The notes under the pieces were generated by a model, which saw nothing but the letters and a program-made list of their open reading frames with translations, was not told the origin of the DNA and searched no databases. Source: Alphaproteobacteria bacterium (GTDB lineage Bacteria > Pseudomonadota > Alphaproteobacteria > RF32 > CAG-239). Taken from it: DNA of 64,000 nt. The first letter of the stretch is position 1. Each line of letters begins with the position of its first letter. The stretch covers positions 7,961 to 71,960 of the forward strand of contig JAZQZB010000039.1 of assembly GCA_045633825.1 (NCBI GenBank), written 5' to 3'. Positions 41,427 to 49,799 of the stretch are shown here, piece by piece. A program made the translations under genes and the position numbers.

Positions 41427-42017
41427 TTTTGATATGGGATGTTCAATTCCAACATCAATTCGTTTATGACTGCCGTCATAACTCATTGTGTTTCATTGCG
41501 TCTCACCGCAAAACTCCGGCCACAGGCAGGTTTTTGCGGTGCCGTCCTCTTTTTTTTATGCATTGATGAGGCCGAGAAAGCTTAAATAGTTGCGGGGTTT
41601 GTGATATTCAATGTTTCTTTCATGATGTGAGCACATAAACCATCGCCAAGCGATTTTTTATTAAAATCATGAAAAATAGATACTTTTGGATTGACCTCGT
41701 CCAAAACAAAAAACGCCTAATTTGAGGGGTTTTCTTACCACCCAACCTCGCACTCCATATCCATGACCAGGTTAAACAGAATTTGGAAACGTATACTTAT
41801 AACTATAAAAATGCTTTAATATTTTTTTATTAGCTTGATTTTAAAAATATAACATCTATATTTTTGAGTGTGCTTGTTGGCGAGCCCGTTCACTCGTGCA
41901 AAGACTTTTGGTCAGCCAATTATTGATAATATAACCTTTTTCAAGATTGTTATCAAACTACAGATTACGAGTGCTTTTTTCTGATAATAACCTTGAAGTA
42001 ATAGAAAGGATTATATT

Positions 42018-42476
42018 ATGACAAATATAGATTTTTTTAAAAAGCAAGCAAAATTACTCTTAAAGGACTGGCAAAATAGAGAGCAAAAGCATTTTGGCTT
42101 TAATGTTAAGGAGCTTTTTCGACTTTATGAGGTAAATGCACATGAACAGCCTACATTAATGAAAGCACAACATCTTCTTGCGCAAGCTTTGGGGCGTAAA
42201 AGTTGGGCTGAGCTGATAAATGATTCAGATGAAAGCTTGGAATATACTAAGAATGCATTCATCGAAAACATAAAAGAAGAAAAAATGCTAGATGCTATGT
42301 GGAATGAAACATTTTCTGAAACTGAAGCGCATTCTGATGAATTTAATGAAGAAGACGGTTATCATGGAATTGTCGAATGCTTACATTGCGGACAAAGGTT
42401 TCCTATTGATAAACCTAATCATTTGCCTAGTTGTGATGGAGAAGATTGGGATTTAGTTCCAATTGAAGAACTGTAA
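42018..42476 (+). CDS. Hypothetical protein (152 aa; CLHCGQRF...SCDGEDW Cys/His cluster)
   Basis: ORF with RBS aaaggat; followed by a terminator-like hairpin at 42483-42524. Confidence 0.5.
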   Translation: MTNIDFFKKQAKLLLKDWQNREQKHFGFNVKELFRLYEVNAHEQPTLMKAQHLLAQALGRKSWAELINDSDESLEYTKNAFIENIKEEKMLDAMWNETFSETEAHSDEFNEEDGYHGIVECLHCGQRFPIDKPNHLPSCDGEDWDLVPIEEL

Positions 42477-42605
42477 TTATTAAGAACGGCCAGACCTTTT
42501 GGGGGTTTGGCTGTTCTATTTTTTATAATCTAAATATTTTATATATTTTACTGGACTTCTTTGTTTTTCCAAGCATTCATTGTATTGTAAACAAAGGAGT
42601 TTATT

Positions 42606-42920
42606 ATGAATACAGTTAAAATCTATTTAGTGCGAAAACCTTCGGATTTTGAAGAAGTAAAAACTTTATGCAAAAAGTATACGCATGAGGCCGAAGAGGT
42701 CTTAATTGAAGAAACTGTCAACCTACCACCAACTTGGTATGAGGAGTTTTGCCAACGCCCATTGGATAACTACATTTTCTTATCCGGTAAAGGCGGTTAT
42801 GATGATACAGGCCACCGCAAAGTAGTTGCTATAAAATGCCTAGGCAAGCCAACGCTTTATGTTGATCCTTCCGGTTCAAGCTACTGCCGATATATGGGAG
42901 TGGAAAATGAAGACCTATAA
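42606..42920 (+). CDS. Hypothetical protein (104 aa)
   Basis: ORF with aaaggag RBS. Confidence 0.5.
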   Translation: MNTVKIYLVRKPSDFEEVKTLCKKYTHEAEEVLIEETVNLPPTWYEEFCQRPLDNYIFLSGKGGYDDTGHRKVVAIKCLGKPTLYVDPSGSSYCRYMGVENEDL

Positions 42921-43176
42921 AGACATTCCACCTAATCACAAAATCAGCATGCCGATGGTTTATAACCACGCAATCAGAGTACTTGATAGACTGGATAGAC
43001 GACTGAGCAGACTTAACACCCCGGCGCTACCAATTAAATATAAATACGAAATCAATCGTCTTGCACATAAACTGGAAAAATGGTCGCTAAATACAAAGCC
43101 ATTGAAAAGGAGTTGGAATATGTCCGATCCAAAATATCAAAAACCTAACTTTACAGATCATATAGTAAATTATTGA
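42907..43176 (+). CDS. Hypothetical basic protein (89 aa)
   Basis: ATG at 42907 with ggag RBS; 14-nt overlap with the upstream gene suggests translational coupling. Confidence 0.4.
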   Translation: MKTYKDIPPNHKISMPMVYNHAIRVLDRLDRRLSRLNTPALPIKYKYEINRLAHKLEKWSLNTKPLKRSWNMSDPKYQKPNFTDHIVNY

Positions 43177-43742
43177 ATTTGTCTTAACGATATATTGTAA
43201 TCGTATGATGTTATAACAATTTTGTTAATTTTAATATATTTATCAAAATCTTTATCTGTGTTTTTTAATTTATCATTTATGGTTTCTTGTAAATTATTTA
43301 AATTAAGGAACCCTGTTTGTTTAGTATCTAAGAAACATTTTGATAATAGTAAGTGCACCTGATTTGACACAAAGAGATATAATGGGTTTATTTGATTATT
43401 AAAATCATTATTTAGTTCATAAATTACTTTAGGGTCTATTATACGAAATTCTACTTGAGTATCAACTACAACGTTATAAGGTACAGTTTTAATATTATTA
43501 CATCCAAAAGAGTGGGCTGTGCTATTAAAAGTTTGACAGCGTATATCAACAATATCAAAAGTTTGAAAAAAAGGACATTTCCAACAAAACCTCTCACTAT
43601 TTTCATAAATTTTAGTCGGTTTTCCACATGTTTTTTTTATAATATTAAAACCTTCATGTCTAAAATATAGTGGCCATATATATTCCAGAATAGTATTCCA
43701 AAATTTTAATATTAATTCCGCAAAACTTAGTGTATTATCCAT
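43170..43742 (-). CDS. Divergent SPFH (band-7/stomatin/prohibitin-like) domain protein
   Basis: …IIKKTCGKPTKIYENSERFCWKCPFFQTFDIVDIRCQTFN…NIKTVPYNVVVDTQVEFRIIDPKVIYELN matches the SPFH core pattern (G..GPG.HF.IPF..V..VD.R....TKDN..V.VDAVV.YRV.DP) with unusual Cys/Trp substitutions. Coordinates follow the ORF track; the printed line labels are offset by 1 here. Confidence 0.55.
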   Translation of the reverse strand: MDNTLSFAELILKFWNTILEYIWPLYFRHEGFNIIKKTCGKPTKIYENSERFCWKCPFFQTFDIVDIRCQTFNSTAHSFGCNNIKTVPYNVVVDTQVEFRIIDPKVIYELNNDFNNQINPLYLFVSNQVHLLLSKCFLDTKQTGFLNLNNLQETINDKLKNTDKDFDKYIKINKIVITSYDYNISLRQIQ

Positions 43743-43770
43743 ATTTTCACCTCTCAACATATTCTTTATC

Positions 43771-44229
43771 TTACAATTTCAAATACTTCAAAAACGCATC
43801 GCAACCTTCAACGATATCCCAATAGGTTTCATCAAAATTGCCGGTGTACCAAGGGTCTTTGATATTGCGAGGTTTGTTTGCAAAATCGAGTAAGCGATGG
43901 ATTTTGTTTTCCGTATCCGGACCGACGAGCGATTGAATGTCCTCAATATTGCTGTCGTCCATCGCCAAAATATAGTCATAATAAGCATAATAGCGCGGAC
44001 GAATGCGGCGGGAATAATGCTCCTCAAACGGCACATGCATGGATTTCAACATCTCGCGCGTGCCATGATGAATGCCGGCATGACACATCTCGTTGTAACT
44101 TTCAGTCGCGGCAGAATCAATTTCAAACTTGTCAGCCAAACCGCGTTCCTCAACCATTTGCTTAAACACAAACTGCGCCATCGGCGATCGACAAATATTC
44201 CCCAGACATACAAACAGAACTTTGATCAT
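43771..44229 (-). CDS. Low-molecular-weight protein tyrosine phosphatase / ArsC-like
   Basis: CLGNICRSP P-loop (CX5R) at the N-terminus; start taken at MIKVLFVC…. Confidence 0.85.
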   Translation of the reverse strand: MIKVLFVCLGNICRSPMAQFVFKQMVEERGLADKFEIDSAATESYNEMCHAGIHHGTREMLKSMHVPFEEHYSRRIRPRYYAYYDYILAMDDSNIEDIQSLVGPDTENKIHRLLDFANKPRNIKDPWYTGNFDETYWDIVEGCDAFLKYLKL

Positions 44230-44374
44230 TAAAATACCTAAAAAAATATATGCTCTTCTTATTATATCCATATAAGATAAAAATCAATGATCTTGGAAGA
44301 TTAATTAAAAAGATTGCATTAAAACTTTTTGTTACCTATATATATTATATCGCAATTTAACTGGAACTTAGTTT

Positions 44375-46069
44375 ATGTATACATCAATAAAAATCAATAA
44401 TTACAAATGCTTTGTTGCTGATAATGAACCTCAAGGATTTGATATAATAAAGCCGATAAATGTTATTATTGGCAAAAACAATAGTGGAAAATCAAAACTG
44501 TTGGAAGCTTTAGGAAAAATTATAACTCAAAAGCCAGGAGACCTGACTTTTAATGGAATTTTTACTAGGAACATAGAAATAGATGAATTAGAACGGGCAT
44601 TTGCAAGAAATGGCAATACGGATCCGGCACAATTCTTAACGAGGTGGTCATCTAACTCGAACTCTTGGGAAGAAGTGGGAAAATATTTAATTGGGTCAAC
44701 AGCTATATTTACACTACAAAATCAATCTTATCAGCTCCAGCAAATATATCCAGCACATAGAAATCCATATTGGCGAGAAGATGATGTATTAAATCAAATA
44801 AGACAAAACCTCTCAATTAATCCCTTTGAAAACTACCGATTCCTTCATTTACAGGCAGAAAGGGATATTGTCCAAGAACCAATAAATTATAATGATGATA
44901 TTTCCAAGTCTTGGATTAAATCCAATGCCGAGGGTATTTGTGGACTTATTTCTCGCATGCTAAATGACGAAAGTGGAAATGATAAAGGTTGGAGAGAGTA
45001 TATTGAAAAAGATTTCCTCAACCTTATTAATCTAATTGTTTCACCAGAAATAACGTTTACTAGGATTTATACTAAAACATTTTCTAATCATTATCATGAA
45101 ATATATTTAGAAGAAAAGGATAAAGGTGGAATAAAATTATCTGATTGTGGTAGTGGTCTAAAGACAATTATTGCTACACTGACCCTGTTACATGTCATAC
45201 CTCATTTAACTGGAAATTATAAAAATGTTTTTGCGTTGGAAGAACTTGAAAACAATCTGCACCCAAGCTTAGAGAGGAAATTGTTAAAGCACATTTGGCT
45301 ATATTCTGACAGGTATCACGATGCTATTATCTTTTTAACAACACATTCTAATGTTGCTTTAGATTTGTTTGGAAAAGATTATCGCTCACAAATTGTCCGC
45401 GTATGTAATGATGGACACAAGTCAATCGTGGAAACAGTCATTTCTGATAATGATAAACAAATCTTATTAGATGATCTAGGTGTAAAGGCTAGTGATTTAT
45501 TACAGGCGAACTGCTTAATTTGGGTGGAAGGACCATCTGATAGAATTTATATTAAAAAGTGGTTGGATTTATTCTCCAATTATAAACTTGAAGAAGGATT
45601 ACAATACCAATTTATTTGTTATGGTGGTGCTTTGTTATCGAGTTATACAGCTACTACTCACAATAGAAATCTAATTGATTTGTTAAAAGTGAATAGACAC
45701 TCATATGTTGTCATGGATAGTGATAAAGAGAGTGATGATGCAACATTAAAAAATAGAGTCCAAAGAATATCCAAGGAACTTCCTAATAGTCACTGGATTA
45801 CTGCTGGCAAAGAAATTGAAAATTATTTACCAACAGCAGCTTTAACAGAATACTTTGGTAAAACAATAAATATAAAGAAAAATGCTTCTTTCTCTAATTT
45901 ATACAAGAAAGCAAAAAATGTTAAAACTTTTGATAAGGTTTCTTTTGCCTCTGAGATTACAAAAAATAAAAATTATACAAAAGATAATTTGTGTAAATGC
46001 TTAGATTTAGAGCATAAAATCAATGAACTAATGGAATTCATCAAAAAAAGCAATACATCAAAATGTTAA
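44375..46069 (+). CDS. OLD-family ABC-type ATPase with C-terminal TOPRIM-like nuclease domain
   Basis: Walker A GKNNSGKSKLL, ABC-signature-like LSDCGSGLKT, Walker B FALEELENNLHP, H-loop TTHS; then VEGPSD glutamate and VVMDSDKESDD DxD, a TOPRIM-like pair about 60 aa apart. Confidence 0.7.
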   Translation: MYTSIKINNYKCFVADNEPQGFDIIKPINVIIGKNNSGKSKLLEALGKIITQKPGDLTFNGIFTRNIEIDELERAFARNGNTDPAQFLTRWSSNSNSWEEVGKYLIGSTAIFTLQNQSYQLQQIYPAHRNPYWREDDVLNQIRQNLSINPFENYRFLHLQAERDIVQEPINYNDDISKSWIKSNAEGICGLISRMLNDESGNDKGWREYIEKDFLNLINLIVSPEITFTRIYTKTFSNHYHEIYLEEKDKGGIKLSDCGSGLKTIIATLTLLHVIPHLTGNYKNVFALEELENNLHPSLERKLLKHIWLYSDRYHDAIIFLTTHSNVALDLFGKDYRSQIVRVCNDGHKSIVETVISDNDKQILLDDLGVKASDLLQANCLIWVEGPSDRIYIKKWLDLFSNYKLEEGLQYQFICYGGALLSSYTATTHNRNLIDLLKVNRHSYVVMDSDKESDDATLKNRVQRISKELPNSHWITAGKEIENYLPTAALTEYFGKTINIKKNASFSNLYKKAKNVKTFDKVSFASEITKNKNYTKDNLCKCLDLEHKINELMEFIKKSNTSKC

Positions 46070-46110
46070 AGGAGCAAATTTATATATAAATTGCTTGAGG
46101 AACTGATAAA

Positions 46111-46953
46111 ATGAAACAACAAATTAATGGAAACGATATATTATACTACTTTCTAAAATCAATGTTGGATGTGGAAAAAGAATTAGCACATGATTTTATT
46201 AGAAAGGCAATTATTAATTTAGGAATATGGATGTCGCCTGAATATTATGAGCATTTACCAGTTTTTTCTCCTTTTGTAATAAGAGATGCTAAGTGTCGTG
46301 GAAATAAGCTTAAAAAAATACCAGAACGTTGGGGAGAACCAACTGAAAAAGGCTATTTTAAGGATGATAACTCTATTATTAAGGGATATGTTCGCTCATT
46401 TACTATACATTCTCCTTTTTCATCCTACGATGGTTGCAAAATTGGAAATGCTTATGTCGCTTCGCACGTATGGAGACAGCCTATTGGTTTTTCAACAAAT
46501 GAGGATTTGGCATCAAAAAATCCATGGTTAAATTCATTTATACCTAATTTGGTTTGGTTACCTCAACAATTATCCAAATTAAGTGATCGTGAAGGAGGGT
46601 ATGTACAAACATTTATCCAAAAAGTTTCCTACCAAATATATCATGATATTATAACTGACTCCCCTGTATTAACAAATTCATTATGGAATAAATTACCGGT
46701 GGAAGATATATCTGATACAGAAAAAATTGTTTTATCTGATATCTCATTTTTTAATTACGATGCAAAAGCGCTTGAAAGGCGAAAATCAGTAATTATCAAT
46801 GTTATTAACGCATTACAACAGAGAATATCCGGAAGAAATATTGAAAATAAAGTTGTTTCCGACAGGTATACTGATGGTTTGAATTCTTTATCATCTGCCA
46901 ATTTAATAGATCTTAAAAATGATTTGGAAGACTATATCAGGCAATTATCTTAA
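46111..46953 (+). CDS. Hypothetical protein (280 aa), candidate partner of the OLD-like ATPase
   Basis: 42-nt spacing after the ATPase gene in the same orientation. ASHVW…NPWLN…NLVWLP could be a Cys-less HNH-like (ββα-Me) motif (speculative). Confidence 0.5.
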   Translation: MKQQINGNDILYYFLKSMLDVEKELAHDFIRKAIINLGIWMSPEYYEHLPVFSPFVIRDAKCRGNKLKKIPERWGEPTEKGYFKDDNSIIKGYVRSFTIHSPFSSYDGCKIGNAYVASHVWRQPIGFSTNEDLASKNPWLNSFIPNLVWLPQQLSKLSDREGGYVQTFIQKVSYQIYHDIITDSPVLTNSLWNKLPVEDISDTEKIVLSDISFFNYDAKALERRKSVIINVINALQQRISGRNIENKVVSDRYTDGLNSLSSANLIDLKNDLEDYIRQLS

Positions 46954-48507
46954 ATCCGCTAACTTTATTTGGCGATTTACACTAAATATATTTCTTAATT
47001 CTTCGTGTGTAAAGTTTCTCTCCTGATGTCTCTCAATTAGCTTAATCATGTTGCTAACTGTTATCCCTGATCCAGAAACAGAAGATTCTTCTGCCTCAGC
47101 TCGTATTTGTCTGTCTATAGTATCTATAAAACCGCCAGCAATATATGTGAAAAATCCTATAGGATACTGACAATCGCTATAGTTAGCGATATTTTCAATA
47201 TAATTATGAACCATCCTGTTGTGGTGATCACCTGTAATAGAATATCTGCTGTAGGCCTTATTATCTATTATAGATTGATATCCGTTTTCATCAGAAATAA
47301 GCAATACATCCGGAGCTGATTTAGCTCCTGTTTGACCAAGATGTTGAGCATTATAACCGAAAATATCCTTAAAAATATTAGTCGTTGCAATTTCAAAATC
47401 TGTTGCTTCATCTTTTCCTTTAAAAGCCATTTCATAGTAACCAGATAAAAAACCACCTATAGCCCCATGTGGATATTCTCTATATAGTACATTTTCTACG
47501 AGTGATGCATCTGTTCCTGTATTCTGTGCTATATTCTCAACAATATCCGCATTTATTTTTGATATTGGTTTATGTATTGAATATGCAATAAATGCTTGCC
47601 GAATTCTTTGTATCTCAATAGACCTACTGGAAACCGTACCTGTATTTAACAGATTTCGCGTATCTTTTCGATGCCATGGATCCAAGCCATATCTTCTTTG
47701 AAAAAACTCATGATCATCTGGTCGTATAATAAAAGATGGAGGGTTTGCCAATATAAATCTTACTTCTTCTAGTTTTTCAGGCAACAATACTACTTTTCCA
47801 TCTTCCCTGTATATTAACTGGATATACTCCAACCAATTTGCTATCGTGTTGGCTGTATCTAGTAAATGGCTATATGGGTGCTCTAAATTAACAATACCAG
47901 TTGAAGGAGCGTGTGTATCAATAAAATCCCTAGGTAATGATCTATCTCCATCATTTCTAAATGTTATAATTTTTCTAATAACATCTTCCAAACAATTTTC
48001 TGTATCATCAACACCTTCAGTCATCACAACTTTAGCCATTTCTTCTTCTGTCAAATAACAGATTCTTTCATCAATGAGAAGACGTAATATAAAAATAAAT
48101 GGATGCACGTGAAATCTAGGAGACACCTTTGTTTTAATGCCAAATGGTGATGGAAATTGATATTTTAATACTTGATTTTTAAGCACAGTAACTGGAGATT
48201 TCCCTTCCATAATAGCTTCACCTGCTAAAGTTAGATATGGGATTCCCGTTGATTCCTGAATAAATATTAAGCCAAGACTTGATAACCACGCCTGGTATGT
48301 TCTTCCTCCAGATCCTGAATGGTCTCTTCTCTCACCAATTCTTTTTAAGCCACTCCTTTCAAGTTCTTCTTCAAATTGAATATGAACTGATCTACTACGT
48401 GTCCATTGCGCAGATAATGCAACATTAGAAAAAGCGGCTAATACTTCAGGAATACTATTTAACTTTCTTTTAGGACGAGTAACCCACCAATAATTCAGAA
48501 TTGCCAT
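46945..48507 (-). CDS. Putative Type II restriction endonuclease (PD-(D/E)xK near C-terminus)
   Basis: 520-aa ORF 6 nt downstream of a C5-MTase in an operon; C-terminal APDVLL…SIIDNKAY resembles a PD…(D/E)xK core. Confidence 0.55.
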   Translation of the reverse strand: MAILNYWWVTRPKRKLNSIPEVLAAFSNVALSAQWTRSRSVHIQFEEELERSGLKRIGERRDHSGSGGRTYQAWLSSLGLIFIQESTGIPYLTLAGEAIMEGKSPVTVLKNQVLKYQFPSPFGIKTKVSPRFHVHPFIFILRLLIDERICYLTEEEMAKVVMTEGVDDTENCLEDVIRKIITFRNDGDRSLPRDFIDTHAPSTGIVNLEHPYSHLLDTANTIANWLEYIQLIYREDGKVVLLPEKLEEVRFILANPPSFIIRPDDHEFFQRRYGLDPWHRKDTRNLLNTGTVSSRSIEIQRIRQAFIAYSIHKPISKINADIVENIAQNTGTDASLVENVLYREYPHGAIGGFLSGYYEMAFKGKDEATDFEIATTNIFKDIFGYNAQHLGQTGAKSAPDVLLISDENGYQSIIDNKAYSRYSITGDHHNRMVHNYIENIANYSDCQYPIGFFTYIAGGFIDTIDRQIRAEAEESSVSGSGITVSNMIKLIERHQERNFTHEELRNIFSVNRQIKLADLR

Positions 48508-48513
48508 GACGAA

Positions 48514-49557
48514 CTACTCCTTAATACTTGCCTCAACAGATTCGTAAGGAATTTCGGCAAAAGTTTTTAATATTGCTTCAAATATAATTTTGGCACCTTC
48601 TGCAGGAACCGCCATACCTATTTGTTTTCTTACAGACTCTTTACTTCCCTTAAATAAAAAGTCATCAGGGAAAGTCTGTAATCTAGCTCTTTCTCTATTG
48701 GTCAAAGCTCTATTTTCTTTCCAATGATATACATGTGTACCACCACCGCCTGAACCTGTAATGGTATACGCTGGTTTTTTAGGATCCAACCTTTTATAAA
48801 TTTGGCTGATTTTGGCACCCTTAACTTTTAACTGTAATTCCTTAGGCATGGTTGCTGTAAAAGCATTTTGACCAGGTTTTATATATTTCAATCGTTCAAT
48901 TACTCGAGGAGATTGTTTTGTCTGTTCATTATTGTGTGCATCTTTTGAAATTGGCGGGTTTTCAATAGCTTCCTTACATGTTTTGGTTTTATATAACTTA
49001 GGAGAAGGTACTCTAAATTTGTAAGGCAAGTCATTTCTAATACCTACAATTATCATCCTATGCCTAGCTTGAGGGATGCCGTAATCTTCAAAATGATATA
49101 GATTCGGATAAATTTTATACCCGGCATCAATCATATCCTGTTGTATACGCTTAAATGCAGACCCTTCATTAGCGGACTTAATGCCTCCAACATTTTCAGC
49201 CAAAAACCATTGGGGTTGATATTTTTTTAGTACTAGAATTCCATAGGAATATAATGGCCCAAACTTTCCCTTAAATCCTAGTTGTTCTCCAACTACAGAA
49301 AAGTCATTACAAGGAAAACCAAAAGCTAGAGCATCTATTGCACCTAACTTTCCAATATCAAGTGTATGGACATCCTCACAATACACACTTTTAGGAGCAT
49401 TTGGACATATGTTATGAGTATAAGTTTCACATGTATCCCTATCGTAATCATTTGCCCATGCATGCTCTATCTTCATGCCAGGAACATCAGCATTCATAGC
49501 ACCCCATGCCAGGCCCCCAGGCCCACAAAACAATTCTCCAAGTTTAAACTTTTTCAT
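48514..49557 (-). CDS. DNA (cytosine-5)-methyltransferase
   Basis: Motif I FCGPGG, motif IV PCNDFS, motif VI ENV, motif VIII QARHRMIIVG; start taken at MKKFKLGELF. Confidence 0.9.
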   Translation of the reverse strand: MKKFKLGELFCGPGGLAWGAMNADVPGMKIEHAWANDYDRDTCETYTHNICPNAPKSVYCEDVHTLDIGKLGAIDALAFGFPCNDFSVVGEQLGFKGKFGPLYSYGILVLKKYQPQWFLAENVGGIKSANEGSAFKRIQQDMIDAGYKIYPNLYHFEDYGIPQARHRMIIVGIRNDLPYKFRVPSPKLYKTKTCKEAIENPPISKDAHNNEQTKQSPRVIERLKYIKPGQNAFTATMPKELQLKVKGAKISQIYKRLDPKKPAYTITGSGGGGTHVYHWKENRALTNRERARLQTFPDDFLFKGSKESVRKQIGMAVPAEGAKIIFEAILKTFAEIPYESVEASIKE

Positions 49558-49799
49558 TATCAATCTCTTCAAAATCTCTCTTAGTAAGGAGTATAAAATC
49601 AAAAGGTAAAGAATCAACTAAATTATTATAATTAAAATTTTCATAATATGTCTTTTAAAGAAAACGTTGATCTTAAGGTGCATATCGGCAAGAATATATT
49701 GTTTAAGAAACTTGTATTTTAAATAAAGTGTTGCAAAAAAAATAAGGTGAAAGTATTGTTTTGTAAAATATATTAAGAATTTTCAAAAGGACTTGGACT

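Noticed and set aside
41440-41475. tRNA-fragment-like hairpin (gatgttCAATTCCaacatc), considered as a duplicated attachment site
   Set aside because: T-arm-like only. There is no matching acceptor stem or CCA context and no second copy at the island's right border.
41560-41730. Possible integrase C-terminal remnant on the minus strand (…SIFHDFNKKSLGDGLCAHIMKE…)
   Set aside because: Only a ~45-codon open frame, and it does not show the R…HxxR…Y tyrosine-recombinase catalytic pattern. Kept only as part of the 41.4-42.0 kb non-coding finding.
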